From NCBI GenBank assembly GCA_947500385.1, contig CANMSA010000007.1, forward strand, positions 116,929 to 180,928: a stretch of 64,000 nucleotides of DNA, in the 5' to 3' direction. The notes below the pieces were generated by a model. It did not search any database and had not been told where the DNA came from. It saw nothing but the letters and a program-made list of their open reading frames with translations. The position numbers and the translations under genes were made by a program. This stretch comes from an uncultured Flavobacteriaceae bacterium. GTDB taxonomy: Bacteria; Bacteroidota; Bacteroidia; Flavobacteriales; Flavobacteriaceae. Positions 1-8,958 of this stretch are shown here, piece by piece. Positions within the stretch are counted from its first letter, which is position 1, and each line of letters opens with the position of its first letter.

Positions 1-33
1 TGATAATGAATTTGTGACCCAGTATAAGGTGAT

Positions 34-492
34 ATGAAGGTCATTACAGCACCAGAGGCGTTCGATTTTAAAGATGGCTACAGTATTTTTTTGGCGGGTA
101 GTATCGAAGGCGATACAGCGCAAAGATGGCAAGATATTGTTATTGAAAAATTGAAAAACAATCACGGAACACTGTTGAATCCAAGGAGAGCTGCCTGGGA
201 TGCAAGTTGGAAACAGGATATTGAAAACCCTGTATTTAAAGAACAGGTATGTTGGGAATTGGAAGCATTGGAAAAGGCTGATTTGATAGTGATGTATTTT
301 GATAAAAACACCAAATCTCCCATATCGTTATTGGAACTGGGCCTTTTTGCCAAGAGTAGGAAATTGGTAGTCTGCTGTCCGGATGGTTTTTGGAGAAAGG
401 GAAATGTAACCATTGTCTGTGAGCGGTATCACGTATCACAGGTTCAAAGTTTGGAAGAACTGATCTATGAGGTCAAAATGAAAATGGGATGA
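34..492 (+). CDS. Nucleoside 2-deoxyribosyltransferase-like protein
   Basis: Motifs IFLAGSI, NPRR, WELEALEKAD and SPISLLELGLFA are typical of this Rossmann-like family; first gene of a tightly coupled operon. Confidence 0.85.
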   Translation: MKVITAPEAFDFKDGYSIFLAGSIEGDTAQRWQDIVIEKLKNNHGTLLNPRRAAWDASWKQDIENPVFKEQVCWELEALEKADLIVMYFDKNTKSPISLLELGLFAKSRKLVVCCPDGFWRKGNVTIVCERYHVSQVQSLEELIYEVKMKMG

Positions 493-1043
493 AGTATTCA
501 TTAAAAACAGTAAAACAACGATTTGACACGAATGAAAACACGAAATTCCTTTTTTTTTAGGGAGATACCCCCAGTAAGGATGGTTCGATAACCAAAAGCT
601 GTCTCAGCCAATGGTGGCAGGCCCCTTTCATAAAAGAAGGTGAAACATATAAAACAGCGGAACATTTTATGATGGCCGAAAAGGCGCGTTTGTTTCACGC
701 GACGGACAGTAGAAAGGAGATTCTAGTGAGCACACATCCCGCGGAAGCCAAAAAAATGGGACGTAAGGTGAAGGGTTTTAATGCCAAGGTTTGGGACGAA
801 CACAAGCATGGTATCGTAAAAGAAGCGAATCTATTAAAATTCTCTCAGCATACACCGCTTAGGGATTTTTTAATAAAAACGGGGAGTAGAATACTGGTAG
901 AGGCTAGCCCGTTAGATAACATCTGGGGGATTGGATTGGCGCAAGACGACCCAAGGGCAAAGAATCCGCATCAATGGGAGGGTGAAAACCTACTCGGTTT
1001 TGCGCTGATGGAAGTGAGAGATCAACTAGTTAAGAACCGATGA
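489..1043 (+). pseudogene. NADAR (YbiA-like) protein with in-frame amber stop at 558-560
   Basis: ATG at 489 overlaps the upstream TGA. The frame reads MKYSLK...KFLFF*GDTPSKDGSITKSCLSQWW...TAEHFMMAEKA...EASPLDNIWGIG...GENLLGFALMEVR. TAG sits where the family has Trp (FFWG). The ORF track only shows 669-1043. Confidence 0.8.
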
Positions 1044-1558
1044 CAAAATATGCTGCACTCTTCGGAGGTTCCGGAAACAATAAACAATCAAAGGAATACC
1101 TAGAGACGATTGAGATTGGTTCTTTTTTAGCCAAACAAGGTTACATCGTAAAGAATGGCGGATATGGTGGTATGATGGAAGCCGTTTCGAAAGGAACCAC
1201 CGAATCGGGAGGCAAAGCGGTTGGGATTACCTGTAAACAAGTAGGTGCTGCTGAGGGAAACAAGTATTTGTCGGAAACGATTGTTACGGATAAGTTGTAT
1301 GAAAGACTGGAATTGTTAATTGAGAACACCACCATTTTTATTGTGCAGCGAGGAGGAATTGGAACCCTTTCGGAGGTGTTTTTAGTGTTGGATATCATCC
1401 GTAAAGAACCTGTAGGGCAAAGACCAAAAATGTACTTTGTCGGTGCTATTTGGCATCATTGTATTGATTCGTTAAAATCAACTTTAATACCTGCGAAAGA
1501 GCATGGTTTGTTCCAGATCGTAAAGGATTTGGCGGAACTACGGGAAAGAATTTTATAG
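1040..1558 (+). CDS. LOG/SLOG family protein
   Basis: ALFGGS, NGGYGGMMEAVSKG and GGIGTLSE motifs. Confidence 0.85.
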   Translation: MTKYAALFGGSGNNKQSKEYLETIEIGSFLAKQGYIVKNGGYGGMMEAVSKGTTESGGKAVGITCKQVGAAEGNKYLSETIVTDKLYERLELLIENTTIFIVQRGGIGTLSEVFLVLDIIRKEPVGQRPKMYFVGAIWHHCIDSLKSTLIPAKEHGLFQIVKDLAELRERIL

Positions 1559-1578
1559 GATTAAAGTACTATTAGGAA

Positions 1579-2121
1579 ATGGAGGAACAGCTTAAAAAAC
1601 GGATAAGTAAATTTTTAAGTTTGATATTAAGACATCAACCGGAAAAAATTGGTCTAACCCTAGATGAAAATGGATGGGCTGAGGTGGATGATATCCTTGA
1701 AAAATCAAAAGTATCATTCACCTATGAGGAGTTGGTCGAGGTAGTCAAAACAAATGACAAACAACGATTTGCGTTGAATGATGATCGGACCAAGATTCGG
1801 GCCAATCAAGGGCACTCACTTAACACCGTTGATTTAGACTTACAACCTGAAATACCACCCGCTTTTTTATACCATGGAACAGTAGCCAAGTTTATCCCTG
1901 AAATACGATTGCAGGGCCTAAAAAAAATGAGTAGGCAACATGTTCATCTAAGTGTGGATAGGGATACCGCTGCTAAAGTAGGGTCAAGAAGGGGCAAGCC
2001 CGTTATACTTTCTATCAGGGCTTTGGATATGCATAACAACGGACATCGGTTTTATAAATCGGAAAACGGCGTTTGGTTAACCGATAAAGTGATACCAGCT
2101 TTCATAAATTTTAAGGCATAA
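1579..2121 (+). CDS. kptA: RNA 2'-phosphotransferase (KptA/Tpt1)
   Basis: SKFLSLILRH, DKQRF, IRANQGHS, LYHGT, RQHVHLS and NGVWLT motifs. Confidence 0.95.
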   Translation: MEEQLKKRISKFLSLILRHQPEKIGLTLDENGWAEVDDILEKSKVSFTYEELVEVVKTNDKQRFALNDDRTKIRANQGHSLNTVDLDLQPEIPPAFLYHGTVAKFIPEIRLQGLKKMSRQHVHLSVDRDTAAKVGSRRGKPVILSIRALDMHNNGHRFYKSENGVWLTDKVIPAFINFKA

Positions 2122-2123
2122 TC

Positions 2124-2852
2124 TTGAAAAGGACACTAGTAATAGGGGATATTCACGGGGCTTTAAAAGCGCTGAAACAAGTGTTGGAAAGAGCCAAAAT
2201 AACCGGAAATGACAGACTGATATTTCTCGGTGACTATGTGGATGGTTGGAGTGAATCGTCGCAAACCATTCAATATTTAATTGCACTATCTGAAAAACAG
2301 GAATGTATTTTCATTTTAGGGAATCACGATTTATGGTGTAAGCTATGGTTGGAAAAAGGCGCCACAAATCCTATTTGGTTGGCCCATGGAGGTCAAGGAA
2401 CTATAGAAAGCTATATAAAAACAGGCTATCTAACCAGTGAGGTACATAGAGCCTTTTTTAGTCAATTGAAGAATTACTACCTAGATAATGACAACCGTCT
2501 TTTTGTACATGCAGGCTTTACTTCCATGCACGGAGTGGAGAAAGAACACAATGAAAATGATTTCTATTGGGACAGAACACTCTGGGAAGCGGCTAGGATA
2601 TTGAAGCATGTAAGCAAAGAGAAACGTTCGGAAATAGAAACTCGATTAGGTCTTTATAATGAAATCTATATTGGGCATACCCCAACCACAAATTATGAAA
2701 TCATGGAGCCAATAAATGCCATAAACCTTTGGAATGTAGATACGGGGGCGGCGTTTACCGGTAAGTTAACTGTGTTTGATGTAAACACAAAGGACTATTG
2801 GCAAAGTGACAAGGTAATGGAATTATATCCTATAGAAAAAGGGAGGAATTAG
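2124..2852 (+). CDS. Calcineurin-like metallophosphoesterase (PrpA/ApaH-like)
   Basis: GDIHG, GDYVD, GNHD, FVHAG, IGHTP and DTGA motifs; TTG start. Confidence 0.9.
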   Translation: MKRTLVIGDIHGALKALKQVLERAKITGNDRLIFLGDYVDGWSESSQTIQYLIALSEKQECIFILGNHDLWCKLWLEKGATNPIWLAHGGQGTIESYIKTGYLTSEVHRAFFSQLKNYYLDNDNRLFVHAGFTSMHGVEKEHNENDFYWDRTLWEAARILKHVSKEKRSEIETRLGLYNEIYIGHTPTTNYEIMEPINAINLWNVDTGAAFTGKLTVFDVNTKDYWQSDKVMELYPIEKGRN

Positions 2853-3107
2853 TTTACTTGGAATCCTTATCAAGACATGCCTAAATACAAGTACGGACAC
2901 TCTTTCATAAAATCTACTTTTACAGAATCTGCAAATTGAAGTTTGTACAATTAGTTTCCCAATTTATAAATCTGTACTCCTGATTTATAAGTGAGGCTCT
3001 TTGCCGTTTTACTTCTAACTAGTATTGTTTTAAATCTAAAAAAGAACGTGATGAGGTGTCATTTCGATGCTCGCTTCGCCGTTCTTTTTTCTAACAAACT
3101 GAAAGAA

Positions 3108-4814
3108 ATGAAACAGGTATTCACCACACTTTTATGCTGTATAGGTATCGCAGCTTTTTCGCAGGAGGCCCAAAAAAGACAAATTACTCCGGCCCAGATA
3201 GATGCGGTTTTTGCGCAATGGGATACACCGGACAGACCTGGAATAGCCGTAGGGGTGCTCAATGACGGGGAAATTGTATATACCAAGGGCTATGGGCAGG
3301 CCAATCTAGAGCATACCATCGCGATAAGCCCGGAAACGAGGTTCCATATTGGGGACTTGGCCAAGGAATTTACGGTGTATGCGCTGTTGTTGTTGGAACA
3401 AAGGGGGCAACTGTCCCTACAGGATGACGTGCGCAAGCATCTTCCGCAACTAGCGTCTTTAACACGACCGATTACCATTGAACAGTTAATGCATCACACG
3501 GGCGGTTTGAACAATGATGAAGTATCCAAGGCGTTGGCAGGTTGGCAAGCAGGGGATGTCTTTACGAAGGAACAAGCATATACCATGATACGCAACCAAG
3601 CAAAAGCGACCCCTAATAGCGGTAGTGTACAACGCCCCACGAATAGCGGATTTATGATCCTTGAAGACCTGATTGCCAAAGTAGGTGAAACTACCTATGG
3701 CGATTTTATAACGGAGGAGATTTTTAAACCGTTGAAAATGACCAGTTCTGTGTTCGACAGGGAAGGAGCGGTTATCCCGAACAAAGCACAGGGGTATTTT
3801 GCGCAGGGAGATGGTTTTATTCGGTCGGCAATGCATCCTTCCCAAAACATCGTTTCCGATGTGTATACCACGGTAAAAGATATGTGTTTTTGGGCAAAAG
3901 AGCTTGGAGATCCAAAAATCGGAACCGCAGAGATGGTCAAAAAATTCGATGCCTTGTCGGTCGTAGGCGAAGCAGAAGTCGCAGAAACCAATACTGCACT
4001 GTACACGGGCGGTCATCGCTATTGGAATCTTAGGGGTGCTAAAAAGTTGTATCATGTGGAGGTTGCCGGAGGCTATGCAAGCAAATTGATCCGCTATCCG
4101 GACTATGACCTCGCTGTGGTTATTATGGGAAATGACGGGGCTTACAACGGGTACGCAGGTACAGGAGCCAGTGCCCTTTATATTGAGGACTTTTTGGATC
4201 CTATGGTCACCGGGGCGGCGGCAACAACTAAATCCAAAAAATTATCAAAAAAACAATTGGTCGCGTTCGAAGGGGATTATTGGGACGCTGCCAACCATAC
4301 GAGCCGAAAGATCAGTGTTGTGAACGATACGTTGCGATATATGAGGGGCCCGGGAAATGAAAGTGCATTGGTGCCTTTGGCCAAGAATTCCTTTAAGATG
4401 ATAACAAATGCAACGGTCGTTGTAGAGTTCGATTCCGCCACTGACCCAAAGAATATGTCCGTGACCGTAGGGGACGACAAGTTCCATTTGACCGCCTATG
4501 ATTCGAATGCCCCCTGGACGAATAACTTACAGGCCTTTACAGGTACCTATTATGCCGAGGCCTTGGGTGCTTCCTATACGGTTGTTCTAGAGAACGGAAC
4601 CCTCGTACTCTCCCATCCAAGAGTAGGCATGGTTCAACTGGATCCAAGAGTTCCGAATCTATTTGCAGGTAATCGTAGGCATTTTGATTCCCTGGCATTT
4701 GAAAAAGATACCAATGGGACCGTTACCGGCTTTGCCTTGGCCACCTTTGGAGTTGCCGATATTTGGTTTCAAAAGGAAACGCCTTTGGGGAAAAATTTGG
4801 CAAAAACGAGGTAA
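3108..4814 (+). CDS. Secreted serine-hydrolase/beta-lactamase-family protein
   Basis: Signal peptide (MKQVFTTLLCCIG), PGIAVGV, LMHHTGGL and beta-lactamase-fold layout. The SxxK region reads GDLAK, so it may be inactive. An alternative upstream start is at 2991. Confidence 0.75.
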   Translation: MKQVFTTLLCCIGIAAFSQEAQKRQITPAQIDAVFAQWDTPDRPGIAVGVLNDGEIVYTKGYGQANLEHTIAISPETRFHIGDLAKEFTVYALLLLEQRGQLSLQDDVRKHLPQLASLTRPITIEQLMHHTGGLNNDEVSKALAGWQAGDVFTKEQAYTMIRNQAKATPNSGSVQRPTNSGFMILEDLIAKVGETTYGDFITEEIFKPLKMTSSVFDREGAVIPNKAQGYFAQGDGFIRSAMHPSQNIVSDVYTTVKDMCFWAKELGDPKIGTAEMVKKFDALSVVGEAEVAETNTALYTGGHRYWNLRGAKKLYHVEVAGGYASKLIRYPDYDLAVVIMGNDGAYNGYAGTGASALYIEDFLDPMVTGAAATTKSKKLSKKQLVAFEGDYWDAANHTSRKISVVNDTLRYMRGPGNESALVPLAKNSFKMITNATVVVEFDSATDPKNMSVTVGDDKFHLTAYDSNAPWTNNLQAFTGTYYAEALGASYTVVLENGTLVLSHPRVGMVQLDPRVPNLFAGNRRHFDSLAFEKDTNGTVTGFALATFGVADIWFQKETPLGKNLAKTR

Positions 4815-4857
4815 GGGGGTTTAGTTGTATACGCACCGAACAAGATCGTTCTAAATA

Positions 4858-5030
4858 CTAAAAAAATGCGCTAGTACGCTTCCTTTAAAGAAGGTGCCGG
4901 CGCATTCACTCCTTGTTTACGGAGAAAACCGCTTTGAGCTTTTTTACCGTGCCCCCCAGTTCTCGGAGACAGTTATCTTCTCCATATTTTCTATCTCCTT
5001 CAACTTGAAGCGTAGTTCGTTTTCCTAATT
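4858..5030 (-). pseudogene. Degenerate duplicate of slipin 3' end plus its terminator
   Basis: Aligns with 14073-14255. It decodes as ENELRFKLKEIENMEK..ITVS..GGTVKKLKAVFSVNKE versus slipin ENEMLFKLKEMEYVEKIAEKIGEITVSGNGGMVKQLKEIFAVNK, with a 21-nt deletion and a frameshift. The hairpin aatgcgc...gcgcatt is nearly identical. Confidence 0.85.
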
Positions 5031-5139
5031 TAGGTTCGCTATGAGGCTCTTCCCCATTCCATGGCTATGCAAAAAAATCCGCAATTGCCAAGACCAAATC
5101 AATCAATAGCAATGTAACCAAAGCATGGTTTCCATGCGC

Positions 5140-8100
5140 TTACTTAAGAATTAGCTTGCCCGTATGTCGCTTAGATTTGGTGATTACCTCAATAATGTAC
5201 ATTCCGGATGGTATTGAACTTAAATCTATTTCTAATGGCCTTTTTACGGAAGTATTGGCCATTTCATAAACCAGTCTGCCATTCATATCAAGAATGCGTG
5301 CCGCTAAAATAGTGGTTTCTTCCTTGGGTATTTCCAACTTCAAAATCCTGTTTTTATTTGGATTGGGATAGAATGTTAGTTTTTCAACACCACTGATATC
5401 CAATAGCGATTTGCCCGCATCATTATCACAAATATTACCTATTCCGTCATCATCTTTATCCGCTTGATCGGCGTTGGGAGTCGTGGGACAGTTGTCATTT
5501 ACATCAAATACGCCATCGCCATCGCTATCTTCACTTAGAAATTCAATAAAACCTTGACATAGCAATCTTTCAGAAAGCGCCCCTCCACAGCTATTGGTCT
5601 CATTATTATAACTTCCGGTGTTTACTGCTTGTTGTTCTGCTTGTAAAATGGTGTCACCTATTGAGATAAAATCTATTTGTAGGTTTTTGTCTTCACCATT
5701 TTCTTCAAGGGATCCATCTAGGAATTCGATTCGTATGGGCGCATTGGGTGTAGGAATGGTAAATTCGAATTGCTGATAGCTTTTGGTCACTTGTTGGGTG
5801 GCCCCAATTTGGGTATCCTCGACCAGTACGCGAAACATTTCTTTACCGCTGTCGCCTTTTGCCTTTACGACCAGTCTGTCACCGCCGGGCGTTCCAGAAT
5901 CTTGGGGATCCTGCAAAAAATATCCGGAAAAGGCGATTAGGTAACCCATAACTTCGATATCCGGTTCATTTACCCAGTGTTTATTGTATGCATCTATATA
6001 CGCCTTAGCAGGTGGGGGTACGTTGTCATTGTAATTGCTGTTGAGATAACTTCTGTCGTGCGAAGGGCCTTTGACCGGAAGCCCGCTAGGTGCAGCATCA
6101 CTAATACTAAAAGGCCTAAAATGCGGGGTTGTCACAGGAGAACTGCCTACACCGGTAATGAACACCTTGCCTAGCGCGTTTCTACCCAATAGGATATGAA
6201 ATTGATCTAGCGCTACATTCTTATATTTGATATCTCCTGTAATGTGATAAGCACCCATCAAAGTCCATGCTTTGTGAAGCATGTTTCCAATGGTATGCCG
6301 GTGCTCCCAATACTTCTCTGGCAATATATTGCCATAACCGTCCGAAGTATTTTGAGCCATGTAAGAACCAAGTTGCGCCTTCATCGCATTGATGATATCA
6401 TTTTTAATGGTAGCATTAACGGCCCTATTCTCAATAAGGCAATAGCGCTGCAGTACCTGTAAAAGATTCTCGATACGCATAGAATGTGTATTTGGGTTTT
6501 CTTCCGGGAAGGGATAATTTAGTTTGCTATAGCTGTTATAGATAGCAACAAATTTGTCGTGATATTTTTGTTCCCCTGTGTTGATATATAATTCCATGGA
6601 GAGCCAAAGGAAATCTTCCTCGTAGGTAAAGTCAAAACGATATGCCTCGACCGTATCCGCAGATCCTGTCCTTCCATTCGCGTTTAAAAAATCCCATGCT
6701 GCTATTGCCTTTTGCTGACAGCGATTCGCAAATGCTGTGTCGTAGTCTTTAAATACACGATTTGCTCTGGCCAATACGGCCCCTACTTTACCCGTGTTTG
6801 TGGAGTATACATCCCCGATCAGGTATTCCGTATGATCGTCTTGAGGGGGTACCCTGCTTGGATGACTGTCTTGAACTGGCCCAAGACCAATGGAAACACC
6901 GCCGTCATCGTTCATCATCTTTATCATCCAATCCAGCCCCCATTTTGCCTCTATCAACAAATCGGGCATACCGGAAATACGCTCATTTGAAGCTAAAGAA
7001 GAGGGGATTTCATCAAATTCACGGGGAAACAACTCTGCTATTTCCAACATTCTATTGACCGCCTGGGCATGGCTCATCGTCGATCTTCTGTAATCGCCTC
7101 CATTATGCCAGCCACCTTCAACATTTCTATTGTCCGCAATGTAGTTACCATCTACATATCGCTGTTTGCCGGCATGCAAGTGGCATTTAGGATGCCCTAC
7201 AACCTCATGTTGAACAGCATAACTACAACGGCTGGAATAGATCCCCCTCAACGAAGTACGGAACAACTCCTGGTACACTCGATCACCAATAACAAAAGCA
7301 GGAGAGGTTTGTTCATTTACCTTGACCCTGTACCTACCAGGGGTGGTAAAATCTGAAAAATCACCTTTGAAGACGTTTTCATTGGCGTATTTATCGTATT
7401 TGGAATCAGACATGTTTCCTGTAAACACTACGTTGTTATCAGTATCCAATAACTGGAAAGAAGCCGCTGAAAAATTGGTCCTAAAGTCTTTGGGATGTAA
7501 GGTTTCGTAACCTACTTGATTTACATGTATTTTGTCCGTCGCATTTCCTGTGGCATTGGAATCGCTTGATCTTGGGTCGTAATCGGTTTGTATGTTCAAA
7601 GGCGTATTACCGGCGTTTGCTATGGCATCCCATTTTACAAATTTGTAACGTGAAATTTGATTTGCCACTCCGTCGTGGGCCAAAAACATGCCTTTCGCGA
7701 AATCGCCTCCTAAATTCACGTTAGTAACATCAATACCATCTGTATTTTGAACATCGGTGAGAGCAAAGCTTTTGAGGTATTTGTTTTTTGCCTGACTATC
7801 TGCAAAGGTTCTTTCGAAAACCGCGTACTGATTTTTTCCCTGGACCGATGCTATTAAATATCCATTTCCCGAGTTTCCGTAATACAACGTTAACCCCTCC
7901 ACATCTGCAGCAAGGTTGGCATTACCGGAGACGGCAGCGACAGTCACTCTTTCATTCATAAGTACACCGTCGCCGTTGGTAGGGTACCGATAAATACCTT
8001 TGTCCTCAGCGGCGATGTAGATGACGTTTTTCTCGTCATCCGCCACAATTCCTTCAACTTCAGTTCCGTTGCCACTAACATCTATTACCGCTGTTACCCG

Positions 8101-8736
8101 TACCCCTTTGATACGGTCTTCTTCCGCACCGGACAGGTTGGGTTCCAATCGATATTGCGCTACTTTTCCCGCCTTATCACTAACAATAACGTAATGGATG
8201 TCTTTGGCTTTGTTATGGAACATGGCCAGGCCATAGGGGGCATCGCCTCCGGACAAGAAGCCATTTCCCAGCGCTATTTCACCGACTTTTTCTAGGGTAA
8301 CAAAATCGCCACTGGTATTCTTGTTAACCTTAAAAACATCTATTTCCTCGTCCGATCGGTTTGAAACGCATACAATATCCCAAAGTTGCTGACCGGTATC
8401 AAAGTTGTATTTGATATCAATGTTGTTATAGCGTTCGCCTTTTTCAAATAGATTGATTCCTTCTTGCCAAGTGCTTTGCCTTACTGATTTTCCATCCAAT
8501 TTAAAGGCGTAGATGCCGCCAACGTCCGTTTTACTTTTATTCACCCCCAAGACCACACTTTTGCTTGGTGTATTGGGGTGAATCCAGATACTGGGGTCAT
8601 CTGCCTTATCCCCATTTCCCAACATGGGTTCTGAGGTTATGGTTGGACTTATCACTGGAATGTTTTGCGCAAGTGCATTGCGGGACGCAAATAGCAATAG
8701 AAACAGTAAAATGGGGAGTGTATTTTTCGTATTCAT
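5140..8736 (-). CDS. T9SS-secreted fusion: beta-propeller phytase + Ig-like/GH9 domain + CBM-like domain + TSP3 repeat + CTD
   Basis: Phytase motifs ADDPSIWIHP, RYNNIDI, EVEGIVADD, DVEGLTLY, NTDGIDV. GH9 motifs IHVNQVGY, GGWHNGGDY, PHFRP, NEPDI. TSP3 repeat DSDGDGVFDVNDNCP. CTD FYPNP...SGMYII...KLILK. Confidence 0.85.
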   Translation of the reverse strand: MNTKNTLPILLFLLLFASRNALAQNIPVISPTITSEPMLGNGDKADDPSIWIHPNTPSKSVVLGVNKSKTDVGGIYAFKLDGKSVRQSTWQEGINLFEKGERYNNIDIKYNFDTGQQLWDIVCVSNRSDEEIDVFKVNKNTSGDFVTLEKVGEIALGNGFLSGGDAPYGLAMFHNKAKDIHYVIVSDKAGKVAQYRLEPNLSGAEEDRIKGVRVTAVIDVSGNGTEVEGIVADDEKNVIYIAAEDKGIYRYPTNGDGVLMNERVTVAAVSGNANLAADVEGLTLYYGNSGNGYLIASVQGKNQYAVFERTFADSQAKNKYLKSFALTDVQNTDGIDVTNVNLGGDFAKGMFLAHDGVANQISRYKFVKWDAIANAGNTPLNIQTDYDPRSSDSNATGNATDKIHVNQVGYETLHPKDFRTNFSAASFQLLDTDNNVVFTGNMSDSKYDKYANENVFKGDFSDFTTPGRYRVKVNEQTSPAFVIGDRVYQELFRTSLRGIYSSRCSYAVQHEVVGHPKCHLHAGKQRYVDGNYIADNRNVEGGWHNGGDYRRSTMSHAQAVNRMLEIAELFPREFDEIPSSLASNERISGMPDLLIEAKWGLDWMIKMMNDDGGVSIGLGPVQDSHPSRVPPQDDHTEYLIGDVYSTNTGKVGAVLARANRVFKDYDTAFANRCQQKAIAAWDFLNANGRTGSADTVEAYRFDFTYEEDFLWLSMELYINTGEQKYHDKFVAIYNSYSKLNYPFPEENPNTHSMRIENLLQVLQRYCLIENRAVNATIKNDIINAMKAQLGSYMAQNTSDGYGNILPEKYWEHRHTIGNMLHKAWTLMGAYHITGDIKYKNVALDQFHILLGRNALGKVFITGVGSSPVTTPHFRPFSISDAAPSGLPVKGPSHDRSYLNSNYNDNVPPPAKAYIDAYNKHWVNEPDIEVMGYLIAFSGYFLQDPQDSGTPGGDRLVVKAKGDSGKEMFRVLVEDTQIGATQQVTKSYQQFEFTIPTPNAPIRIEFLDGSLEENGEDKNLQIDFISIGDTILQAEQQAVNTGSYNNETNSCGGALSERLLCQGFIEFLSEDSDGDGVFDVNDNCPTTPNADQADKDDDGIGNICDNDAGKSLLDISGVEKLTFYPNPNKNRILKLEIPKEETTILAARILDMNGRLVYEMANTSVKRPLEIDLSSIPSGMYIIEVITKSKRHTGKLILK

Positions 8737-8958
8737 GATTTTATAGGATTAAGAAGGAGCGTATTTAATAGTTTTTAAGTAACCATAACACGGAATATTT
8801 GGGTGGGCGCTATATCAGAAAGCGCAAAATGAAAGGTCTACAGAAGCTATTGAAAAACTATCTTGGTTTGATATTTCAACAACTGTTTAGGGGGCTCTTT
8901 ATCGATAAAAACAAAAATGGGGCGGTAAACGATAGTTCACCACCCCCTATTATATTGT

